Assembly: GCA_907165135.1 (NCBI GenBank)
Contig: OU015566.1
Span: 9,920,001-9,984,000 of the forward strand
Origin: Oikopleura dioica
Lineage: Eukaryota > Animalia > Chordata
DNA length: 64,000 nucleotides
Direction of reading: 5' to 3'
In this document: in pieces, positions 1-11,455 of the stretch
Numbering within the stretch: the first letter of the stretch is position 1
Layout of the letters: every line of letters begins with the position of its first letter
Notes under the pieces: generated by a model
Database searches by the model: none
Seen by the model: the letters and a program-made list of their open reading frames with translations, nothing else
Told to the model about the DNA's origin: nothing
Position numbers and translations under genes: made by a program

Positions 1-54
1 GCACTGGAAAATTTTTATTTTTAGAGAGGAGCATTTTGAGCCCAAAAACTCCAG

Positions 55-3000
55 GTTTGGTTAACTCTATCAAAAGTTATAAAATCCAACCGTAAAAAAA
101 GCGCGTCTAAGTCTGAGATAAAATCCGAGCTGATCGAAAAGTTCTACAACGAAAAGTCAAAGGATGAAATGAAAGGCAACAGAGGATTGAATAGACCGAT
201 GGTCTGGGGAGTCGACTGGTCCGACAAAGAAGTCGCTGCTGAAATAGCTTCCTATGCCTGCAGCGTTGGATGCACCCCCGAAGTCCTCGAAATTCTCTGG
301 TCAGGCTATCCTCTGATAAAAGAAACGAGTATGAAACAACTCCTTCTTGAGCGAGTCTACGTTGCGCTTGAAAATGGTCATATTGGAACAGCGAATTTCC
401 TCGTAGAAACCGCCTCTGTTACGAAAGGCTGTGGTATTAATTTCTCCGAGCTTCAGTTGAGCTCGCTTCGACAAACGAAAGACAAGAACCACGCCTTCAA
501 CGTAAATATGAATATGGCCCAGGTCCGAAAGAAGGAACCAACGAATATGCGCATCACGGCCATGCACACAGCCGCTTCTAATCCCAACGGAGGATTCATC
601 AGCCGAATGCTTTCAAGCGTCCCAGATGCCTGTTCAAATCAGGACGAACGAGGTCGAAAACCAATTCACTACGCTGCTACAGCTACCACTGGTGAATGTC
701 TGAAAACACTCTTCCAGGATAAAAGTCGATTTCACAACATTGATGATGGCGATAAAGACGGTATTACACCATTGATGCTTGCTTCAAAGCTCGGCCGATT
801 GAACAACTCTAGCGTTATCATCGAAAAAGCTGCGAAACTCAAGCTCAACGTCAACAACTTCGTCAACCGTGGAGACAACAACAACTACTCTCCTATCCAC
901 TACGCCGCCGAAAATGGCCATCAGCTTCAAGTTGAGATGCTCTTGTCAAACAATGCCGATGCAAACAAACACCTATCGATCAAAAAGCAACGACTGACTC
1001 CGCTCATGCTCGCTGCTCGAGCTGGACATCAAGACGTTGTCAAGGCGCTCATTAGTCACGGCGGAAAGATTGAGAAGCGAGACTCGCTCGAGCGAACTGC
1101 ACTCATGCATGCTGCCGCCAATGGTCACTACCCACTCGTCGCGCTCTTGCTCAACAAAGGAGCTGATCCAAATTTGTCCGATGTCGCTGGAAACACAGCT
1201 TTGCATTACGCCGCTGCTTATGGCTGGTATCACATTGTACAGCTTCTTCTCCAAGGATCAGCTAATTCCGATATCGTGAACAATGAGCGACTTTCCCCAC
1301 TTGCTGTTGCTCTTCTCAAGAGAAAAGATGATATTGCCAAGTTGTTGTTCAACCAGGGAGCTGATGCTAATGTGACAGATGATAAGAAACAGACACTTCT
1401 CATCGGACTCGTTGGCCATCTCCCTGACGATGGCGTTCTCGAACGAATCAACTATATTTTGCAACACTTCACTTCAAGCATGGATCATCAGGACATACAC
1501 GGCTACACTGTGCTGCACCATCTCGCAACAATCAAAACCGACAAGACTGATGCTCTTCTCGAAGCAGCGAAACTGTTCACTTCACACGGCTGTGATGTCA
1601 ACATTCGTGATTTCAACCATCGCTCGTGCTTGTTCCACGCTGCCAAAGCTCAGAACATCGAACTCTTGCAGATGTTCATCAAGAACTCTTCCGGTAAATG
1701 TCCAGATGTCGCTGCTGTCGACGAGAAAGGCGAGAACTTCATGCACATTATGGTGCGAATGTGGACCAAGCCACAAACTGTGGAGATAATAAAAAGTCTC
1801 GCTGTTGCTAGTCCCCAGCAAATCAGCGAGCTTTGCAATCAGAAATCTAAGAGTGGATACACTCCTCTTCTGCTTGCTTGCAAGCTCATTTCTGCCGATC
1901 CAGAAATCAAGAAAGCGACCGTAAGCGAGTACGCAGCAGAGCTGATTGAAACTCTCATCACAACTGGCAAGTCTGATCCTTCTGCTACAGTCGCCAAAGC
2001 AAAGTCGTCGAAGCTAGCTCACAAAGAAGAAGATACAACTGCAGCGCACTATTTAGCAGCCGGTAAATCCGTTCAAGTTCTTCGAGTCCTTCTCGAGCAC
2101 AAGCCACGTCTTGAGTGTACCGATAAAACCGGAGCGACACCTCTGATTCATGCTCTCCGGAATTCGGATTCAGCCAATGTCATTGCGCTCCTCAATGCTG
2201 GCGCGTCCGTCAATTTTGTTCCAACTTCTGGCAAGGACTTTTCTTTCAACATGGCTCCTCTTCTTTTCGCTTGCAAGATCCATGGACCGGAGAAGAACCT
2301 GATGCAAGCACTCAAGCTGATGTTCGAAAAAATCTCTGATGTCAACTCTGTTCCTTCTTGCCCGGAAACTGGACTGACTCCTCTCATGCTCGCATGTACT
2401 TATTCTCAGGACACTGAACTCGTAAGGCTTTTGCTCTCGAAGAACGCAAGTGTAAATGCTACAGATAAGCAAAATCGAACGGCTCTTCATCACGCTGTCT
2501 TATCTACCGAAATCCGCAAGCACGTGTCTGAGATAATCGAAATTCTCCTCGATGCGGGTGCTTCTACAAGTGCTGAAGATCAAGATGGCAAGACTCCACT
2601 TCATATGGCATTCCAGGCCGGTCATGATCCGATGCCAATGATTACGCTTCTAATCGAAAAGATGGACGACGTTGAGATCGACAGTGGAGACAACAACAAA
2701 CGAACTGCCCTTCACCTCGCCGCTGAAACTGGGGCAATCTGCTGTATCACCACTTTGGCCAAACGAAATGCCAATCTTAACGCTCGAGACAAAGATGGAA
2801 ACAGCCCTCTTGCGCTCGCTATCAAAAACGAGCACGAAGCAGCCACCGCCATGCTCTTACAACTCGGATCAAACTTGAAGGTCAACATCGTTTATGTCCC
2901 AAAATCTGATGTCACAGAAAATGAAACGCAATTCTGGACCAATAGAAAGCCAGCTCCAGTTGCGGTAATTGAGTCGAAACCAGCAATTCAAGTTGTTATT

Positions 3001-6000
3001 GATCACAAATGGTTAAACATCATGACTTGGATGCTCTCTTCCATTCTTGATGGCGGAGCAGAAGCCATGGAAACTGATAACGCCGAAGATGTCACATTCA
3101 TCAACATTATCGAAGCCGCTGCAGTTGTCGGTGATTTCGAAACGTTCAAAGTTCTTGTGAGACAGCAGAAGAACAACGGAGACTTCAAGAAAGCCAACAA
3201 GTCCAGTCAAAACCTCCTGCACATTTTGGCCATCTATTCGTTCGGTCAATGCCCAGCCCAAATCAAAGCCATCGCCGATCTGTTGATCGAGAAAGGCGTC
3301 AGTGTTGATGATGCGGATAAGTTCGGTATCACCCCTCTCCACTACGCAGCTTACAACAAATCTGCCTCTCTTGTCGAGACTATCATGAGAACTCCAAACA
3401 GTTCCGCGCTCCTTGAAGCATTCGACGACGGCTGCAGAACGCCAACTCTCGCACTTTTCTGGAACGAGAACTTGAACGATTCTGAATCAGTTCGTATTCT
3501 CAACGAATTCATCGGATCGATGGGTGATATGTCTGGTGACATTTTGACGCCTCTCACGTCAATGCCGACTAATGAAGCATATGAAAAGGTTGATGCTAAT
3601 GGACGAATCGAATTCTACCAGAACCCGCCAAAGGACTCCTATCTTCAAATGACACCACTCCACAGAGCAATGTTTGCTGATGCTTCATTGATCATCGATA
3701 AACTTCTCTCAATCGAAGTTGATATCAACTTGCAGTCGTTAGACTGTCAATCAAAGACACCAGTCATGATTGCCGTGGAGCGAAACAACATCTCGGCTGT
3801 CAGAAGACTTTTGGAATGCACCAAGCATCCGCTTTTATTCTCATGCACTGATGACAACTGCAGAACAGTTCTCCATCATCTCTGTCGACAAAGCGGTTCT
3901 GGATGGGGCTATTGGGAGAACACAGACATCCTCAAACTTCTTCTTGAGCGAAATAACTCACCATCTGACCAGGACGTCGATGGAAAGACGGCGCTCGACT
4001 ACGCACTCGAGGGTGGAAGTGGAAAACTTGCTGAAGTCATACAAGACGTTCTAAATGTACCTGAAGGCTCTCGAAAGAAACCAAAGGCAATTGGTGTAAA
4101 GCTCGACAAAACTACAAAGTCTTCATTCAAAAACGTTGACTATAAGACAGATTCTGCTTCGATCGTCGACAAGATAATGATTGACGAATCAGAAACGAAG
4201 AAAGCTCATCCGGAAGTCGACGGACTTTCGGAAATGGCCGATTGGGGACAGATCATTGAAGATCTGACCACAGGTCTTCATGGAGATGTCCTTCTGGCAA
4301 AGGTCGAGGCAAAGCCTGACGGATCTGCTGTTGAGTCGTTCACTAGAATGCAAATTATCGGCCACAAATTAAGTCGCCAGTGGGTTCTCTTCACCCGAAC
4401 CGGTGATGCTGGGGAAGAAGGTGAGCGAAAGATCACTCCTTTCCAAGTCCCTGAGAACGCCATCCGCGAGTTTATGAAACAGTACAAGATCAAAACTGGT
4501 AACGATTGGACCAATCTGCCAGAGTTCCGACGATGCACCAAAAGTTTGCTCTCGTTCCTTTCGAACTCTGCGCTCGCGCACCAGCTACTGATCTCGAATT
4601 CGACCTTGCAACTGACGCAGTGTCCAATCTCGCTGAGCCTGTGCAAGAAATGTTCCTTGAATTGACAAATATCCAATTCTTGAAAGCCGTCGCGCAGAAA
4701 TCAACACTCTTGGACTCGACTATCATGCCTTTTGGCCGATTAAACAAGGAAAATCTCTTGGGAGCACTCGAAAAACTCTTTGATGCGAAAGATATTGCTC
4801 TGGCAATGCAGGAAACTCTCCACCCTGTTGGCCATAATCAAATTGGTAAGACAAATTTTGATGTCCTTTTGGTCTCTAAAGCAAGTATTAGATACAAACA
4901 GACTCCAGTGGTTCCTTGAGCAGTCCATGAACGTCACTTTCGAGTTCCAAAAGCTTATCCCTCAGCCTGGCGCTCTTCTCGACAGAATCAGGATCATATC
5001 AGATCTTAACAAGATCGAGGAGCTCATTCAGCTCACACGAGGACTTCTGAAGCTGGAATTCGCCAACCAGTTGCTTCTGGGAGCTCAGTACAGAATAAAC
5101 GACGGAAATCCAATTGATTATATTTATGAGGTGATTAATTGTTTTCGATTTACTGAAGATTTATTGAATCTTTAGGCGCTGGACTGTGTGATCGTCCCGC
5201 TTGAGCGTAAATCTGCCGAAACTCGTGCAATTTTGAGCTTGATCGAAAACTCTGGTTCGAACTCAAGAATTCATCACATTTTCAAGGTAAAATCAACGAA
5301 CTCGTAGCACTTTCTATTTAAACTCTATCAGTGTGAACGCGGCGAGGATGTCGAATCTATTGCTTCTAGCAATATTGACAGCCACAGACTTCTTTGGCTC
5401 CCTGCATCCTTGTCCGATATTTTCCATACTCTTGGAAAAGGAGTTGTCTCTCCTCAGCGAAAAGTAAGCCAGTTACCTCCCCGTGTTTCTTAGTTTCGTC
5501 TTCAGACCCCCGCAAAACCACCAACTCGCTATCGAAGAGACAAGGATCTTCCGGAAGACGAGCCTTGCCATGTCTTTTACGAAATGTTCAACGATATCAA
5601 CGCGGCCCAGTTCTCAAATGAATGCAAATATGCATTCCTTTGCCAGGTAACGAAGAGATGAATATCCCGTGTTAACAAATTTTGCCAGGTTGCAATGGGA
5701 AAGAACCAAAAGGTCGGTGGTTCCATTCCAAAATCTCGTCCTTCAATGGATCACGATTCATTTACCGTCGAAGGTCGTGATTGCTTTGCCGCTGACGGCA
5801 AAGAGGTAAATTTCCAGGGTCAAGATCTTGTTTACTAAATTCGTTTATAGCTTGTTACTCCACAAGGCGCAAAGCTATCCCTCGGACAACGAGTTCAAGT
5901 CGACCAGGATCCATCAAAATACCCAAGCAACAGGGTTGTTATTTATGAATCCGAGCCGCAACAGGTAAACCACCATTTAATTTATTCGAGAATAAACATT

Positions 6001-6045
6001 TTTCAGGTTGCCGTCCGCTACCTTGTCCGATTCTCCGACGCGTGA
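55..6045 (+). CDS. Ankyrin-repeat + WGR + PARP regulatory + PARP-catalytic-like protein (tankyrase/pme-5-like); multi-exon; one frameshift at ~4540; probably begins upstream of the window
   Basis: Many ankyrin repeats (e.g. GRKPIHYAA, GNTALHYAA) in ORF 169-4665. WGR-like segment (LFTRTGDAGEEGE...KTGNDW). Regulatory domain SNLAEPVQEMFLEL in the shifted frame. GT-AG exons give HRLLW...AFLCQVAMG...QVAVRYLVRF and stop TGA at 6043-6045. The frame stays open upstream of ATG169 to an AG acceptor at 53-54. Confidence 0.88.
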
Positions 6046-6389
6046 AATCGACGCCGAATAACACAATATCTAATATGAACCTAAAAGTTCTCATTAATTC
6101 ACAAAGCTGCCAAAAACTCTCTCCTATCATCCCCGAAACGCACAACTTCCCCCGTCTAGTAGAATTTCCCCCTTCTTTGTTTTTTCATCATCGTTCATTC
6201 ATGCGTTCAACTTATTCTCCCAAAAAGCAACCAAGCACTGCGATAATTATTAAGGACTTGCTACATGTACCAAAAGCAACTGTCAAATCGAAATTAGGAA
6301 AATAAAAACTGTAAATAAAATCACTAGCTCAGGGCTAGATAAAAACGAAAAGTGGCTGATTGAAACTGAATTTATTTTGTTCAGCCAAA

Positions 6390-9300
6390 ATGGCTGCCTC
6401 GGTCATCGATGAGGACTTCAAACGGACGATGAAAGAGCGGAAGGAGTATTGGCAGGGATAGAGATTAATTTATAGCAGGCTGAGTTTAGAATCTCAACTT
6501 GAGATGTTTTTATTGGTAGTTTAATTGCAGCTCTGAATCCTCGAAAAGGGAACCTATTGAAAAAGGGTTGAAAGATCTCGAAGATGCTTTCAAAGAGGCG
6601 GGTTTCGGAGATGCAGAACCACATTTCAAGCGGTTGACATATTATCTCGACAAATGCAAGGATACGTCCGACTTTGAATACCACTGGAGTGAGCTGAAGA
6701 ATACGGTAGAAAAGCCAGCAGTGCAGAAGTTCCAAGTTATCGGAGACCAAGCCGTTGTTGATTTTATTGAAAAGAATCCGGACTATTTCGATGATTTTAA
6801 AGAAGTTGTCATTGAACCTCCGAGGAAGAAGCAGAGAGGTCGCCCGGCAAGATTCAAAAGTGGACAAGATACAAAAACTGACCATGCGCTAGAATTCGCC
6901 AACGAACTCCTCAAGAACGAGCGACAAAAAGAAGCTGTTTTCTCAAATGAACGAGGCACACTTAATAAACCATATTTAATGGCAGTTACGAGGGGAAAAA
7001 GAGACCGCCTACCGCAGTTCTATGTGAATATCGATGGACTTATTCGCGCCATACGAGTTGACCATATTAATCTAAGTGGAGCTTTTATGGCGAAATGTTG
7101 TGGATTCATGGGTCCAAGCAAATGCAAAGCCCGACACAAAATTCAAATAACTAACAAAAATCTTTATCACATGATTGAAGCTGGAGATGCTGGTCGAGAA
7201 CGCTTTGCCCTGAAAGAAAATGCACCCCAGCTGTTCGACCGCTCGTCATATGAGATGGTTCCCCACGATTCTATTACCGGTGTTTCTAATCTAAGTCCTC
7301 TCTGTGAACACACATGTGACGAAGTTAGTATCGAAGAAGTTATAGCAAAGCTGAAGAAAAAGGGCCATATCGATGAGAGTGAAACACTCGAGTCATTGAC
7401 AAAAAATGACAATTCTTCGATAGCGGCACTGGGCGATTCTTCAGATACTGATTCTGTGATGGAAATCGATGATTTCTGCGATGAACCAAGACGAGATAGT
7501 TCAAACGAGGACAATATTGTTGTGGAAGGTGTTTTATCAAACGAGCGAGGGACTTTGAATCTACCACACTTGGTTGCTGTTTCAAAAGGGAAGAAAGGTA
7601 GACTACCGAAATTCTTTCTGAACATTGATGGAGATATTCGCTCTGTGCGACCTGATAAGATGAACTCTACTGGAGGATTTATGACAATCTGCTCTGGAGC
7701 AAGTGGTCCCATCAAATGTAGAACTCGTCATAAAATTCAAATCAAGGATAAAAGTCTTTTCGACATCGTCAAATGCGAAGGTTCTGATCGAGAAAGAACT
7801 GCCATAAAAGAGGATGCACCAAGCCTATACGATCGTTCTTCATATGAAATTATTCCGTACGATTCTTTAGGAGGTGTTCCTAATATAGCCACCCTTTGTG
7901 AACACACGTGTGAGAAGATTCACCTAGAAGAGGTTATTGCATTACTGAGGAGAAATGGTCAACTGGATAAGAGCGAAGAAGACGATCGAAATTCCCTTTC
8001 TAACTCTGCTCTCACCAATAAAATCTCCAACGAGCGAGGATCGTCGAGTCTTCCGCATTTAGTCGCTGTTGTTAAAGGTAAACAATTGCCGAAATTCTAT
8101 GTGAACATCGATGGAAAAATTCGAGCAGTGCGCCCACAAGAAATTAATTCAAGTGGAATGATGATAATAAAATGCAGTGGCCACAAATGCAAAGGCCGGC
8201 ATAGATTTCAAGTCGTCGACAAGTCTACTATCCGACCTGCAAAGCGTAAAGGCTGTAGGGACCGTTATGTTTTTAATGAAGATGCGCAAAATCGTTTTGA
8301 CCGCTCTTCATATGAAGTCATTTACCACGATTCGGGTCACGAACATACATGTGAGACAAGTTCTGTTGAGGAAATCATTGCAGCTCTAAAGATGGTTAAT
8401 CGGGACGAAAATCAAAAACTTGAGTCATTGACGAAAAACGAAAATCCCAATTGTCTAAAGGAACGCAATTACTCGGCTTCAGAAATCTCTACTGATCCAG
8501 AGCCGATGGATCACGAGGAAAATATGCCGGTTGAACGACAAAGGAATCAGTCAAAAGAAGATGATCTTGTTGTGGAAGGTGTCGGTCAAGTAAGCCTCCC
8601 TCATTTGATTGCTGTTGCCCCTGGTAAAATCGTTCAAACGCGGCCGAAATTTTACGTCAACATTTGTAATACCTTTTACGAAATGCACCAGGAAACGCTT
8701 AATTTGGATGGTGGTGTAACGCTTGTCTGTAAGAAAAGGGACTGTAGTGCCAAATCTAAACTTCGGATTCTTGATGAGACTATGATTGCCAAGGAACCTG
8801 GCAAACGAGCACCAACATTTGTCGAGGGCTGCCCGAATGTTTTCAATAGAAATTTTTACGAATTCGAAAGATTCGATAAAACCCAAGCTCACACATGTGT
8901 TGGCGAAGATTTGAGTTACGAAGAGATTCGTTTCAAGCTGAGTAACGTGCGTGTTATCACTCCTCCGAAGCGACTTATGATTGAAAATGGAGATCCAAAC
9001 GCAAAACCATCGACAGAAATCCTATCAATCGAGTCAGGAAAGTGCATGGGTTGCTGTAGAACATTCTCTTCTTCCGACCTTCTCATCGAGCATATTCTCA
9101 AGTCTCATCGATGCTCAGATACGTATGTCCTTACATACGCGACTCACTGTTTCATTTGCTTGAAAGAACACAAAGCATTACGGACGCATTTTCGAGATAC
9201 TATCAATGGCGGTTCTGAGATTTCTACTGCCATGAAAAACTTGCATATCGACATGTACGAAGTCTACTCTGGCGAACCTTGGCAAAGTAAACTCGTCAAC

Positions 9301-11264
9301 CGAGTAGAAATTCTTCCGAGTAAGCTACGACGATCAGTTCTTGGAAATTCTTTGAATGAAGACAAGATTTTTGAGCAAAGCACGAAGGGATTTACCTGCT
9401 ACACGATCGAATCAGGGCAATGTAGCTCCTGTCACGATAATTGCGATTCTTGGGAAGGACTTCTTGCTCATTTGGAGGACCAGCGATATTACTTATGCCG
9501 GGAATACTACCTCACCAAAGAATATTGCTTCATCTGTAGCAAATTCTACTCCAAAGTTAGCCAGCATTTCAATGATGTAAAGCGCGGAAAGGGAGGGAAT
9601 TTCGCTGGGAAGCAAACTCTCGACATTCACAATGCTTTTCTGGAGCGATTTATTATCCCTTGGGTATAAACCTACTCTTTGTTATTGAGACTAACTTATT
9701 TTTAGAAAACAAAATCAAGAATCCCTAAAAATCTCTTTGCCGCAAATTCATCGATAGCAGACCAGGATTCTAGTGTAGTAAAAGTCTCCAGAGGCCATGA
9801 AATCGTGATTCCAAGCGAATACCATCCTATTGTTTCTGGCAAATGCTCCAACTGCAACGTTCAATTTGAAAACTGGAAAAATCTGATTGCTCATATAAGA
9901 GGAAAGCAGGATTGCAAGGATTACCATGTTCGCAAATATATCACATTCTGCTTTATTTGTGCGCGACCTTTCAAGCAGATAAAAAGTCATATCAATGACT
10001 GCTTGAGTGGAAAAGTTATGACATCTCCTGACGAAAGGAAAATGCACGAGCTGATAAAACCGATTTATATTCCTAATCCAAAGCCATTCCCAAAGTCAAA
10101 GAAACAAGAGAGACGAACTAAACCTCGTAAAGCTGATCCTGAAAACTCTTCAGATGAAGACGAGTCTTTCAAAACCGGAAAGATACGAAACAGAAGACAG
10201 AAAAAGACGAGGAAACTTCTTGGGAATTATAACCCGAAAGATATGATTGAGCAAGTTATCGAAGGTACTCCGTCTTTTTTTTATTTTCTATACAAAGTTT
10301 AATATAGGAGATGGTACTTCAATGGTTCCGCATCTAACTGCCATCACCATCGGTATGAAGCGCTCTCCAAGATATTATGTGACTATATCTGGGAAACTTC
10401 GAGTTCTTCGGTGCAGATCATTTTCTCATCAAAAAGAAACCTTCCGAATGCAATGTGTCGGCTGCAGTTCCGTTTACCACAGCATGGAAGTCATCGACAA
10501 GTCACTTATTCTTCATCAAGGGACGAAAAATGCGACGATTGATATGAGCAATCCGAAAATATTCGATGTCAACTCATATGCGATGCTTCCATCTGAAACA
10601 AATGAACATGGATGCTCGGTTTCCATCACAAAAGCGGTAATTATCATGCGGTAGTTGAATCTCGATAATTTTTTATTCGTAGATGATTCGAGGAATCCAG
10701 CGCGGGGAGATAGAACCAAGTAACCTTCACGCCACCAGAGATGTCGACACGAGAGATATACCTGCTGCTCCAGTTGAAAAACGGTTCGATGATCATTTCT
10801 GAGATCCCTTTTTAAAGTTTAAATCTTAGGACTACTCCTAAAAGAGCCTCTACAAAACAGTCACATCATGAGTCCGGTGACTCCGACGAAATGGAGATCG
10901 ATGATGGCGAGGATTCGCAAGAAGAAACAACTATCAGCGACGAAGAATCGGACGGCTTAGACGAAGAGAGTGAGCCGGACTCTGATGAACTCATGGACAG
11001 TACTGAATACTCAGCGACGGAATCTCCGATAAAGTCTGGTAAGAAGTAATCAATGACTTTATCTTACCCTTGATTTTAGCTGAATCTTCCAGAATTGATG
11101 TAGACGAAAATATGTCCGATGAAGCGGAGGATGAACCAGTCACTAGTACCGAAGGCAATGAACCACAGAAAACTGTAAATACTCAAGATAAATCCGAAAA
11201 AGAGATCTCATTTCATCTTGATACCTCCTCAGAAACCAACAATCCTGACAATTCGTCTCTGTAA
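6390..11264 (+). CDS. Uncharacterised nuclear-type protein 'A': N-terminal helical domain, five copies of a novel C-C...HxC domain, three double zinc-finger modules, acidic tail
   Basis: ATG 6390 follows an AG acceptor. ORFs 6568-9669, 9805-10302, 10247-10654 and acidic exons join by in-phase GT-AG introns (9664-9705, ~10265-10308, ~10628-10682, ~10786-10829, ~11040-11079). Stop at 11262-11264. Confidence 0.8.
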
Positions 11265-11305
11265 TCACATTTTTTGAATCTAAACACCTCGATACGTCTG
11301 GCAGA

Positions 11306-11444
11306 CTCTAGTACCTGCTTTTTTGTCTCGAGAACAAGTAGTGAAAAGCTCATATTTTCTCTAGAGCTTCCTTTTTTCGAACTCTTCTTTTAGTAGTCCT
11401 TCCCAGAGTTACTGAATTCTCGAGAGAAAAAGCCGGTACTAAAG
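11306..11444. repeat. ~140-bp element with imperfect ~28-bp terminal inverted repeats (MITE-like/hairpin) just upstream of gene B ATG
   Basis: ctctagtacctgcttttttgtctcgagaa (11306-11334) versus the reverse complement of ttctcgagagaaaaagccggtactaaag (11417-11444). No clear TSD. Confidence 0.6.
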
Positions 11445-11455
11445 TGTGTTTAACC

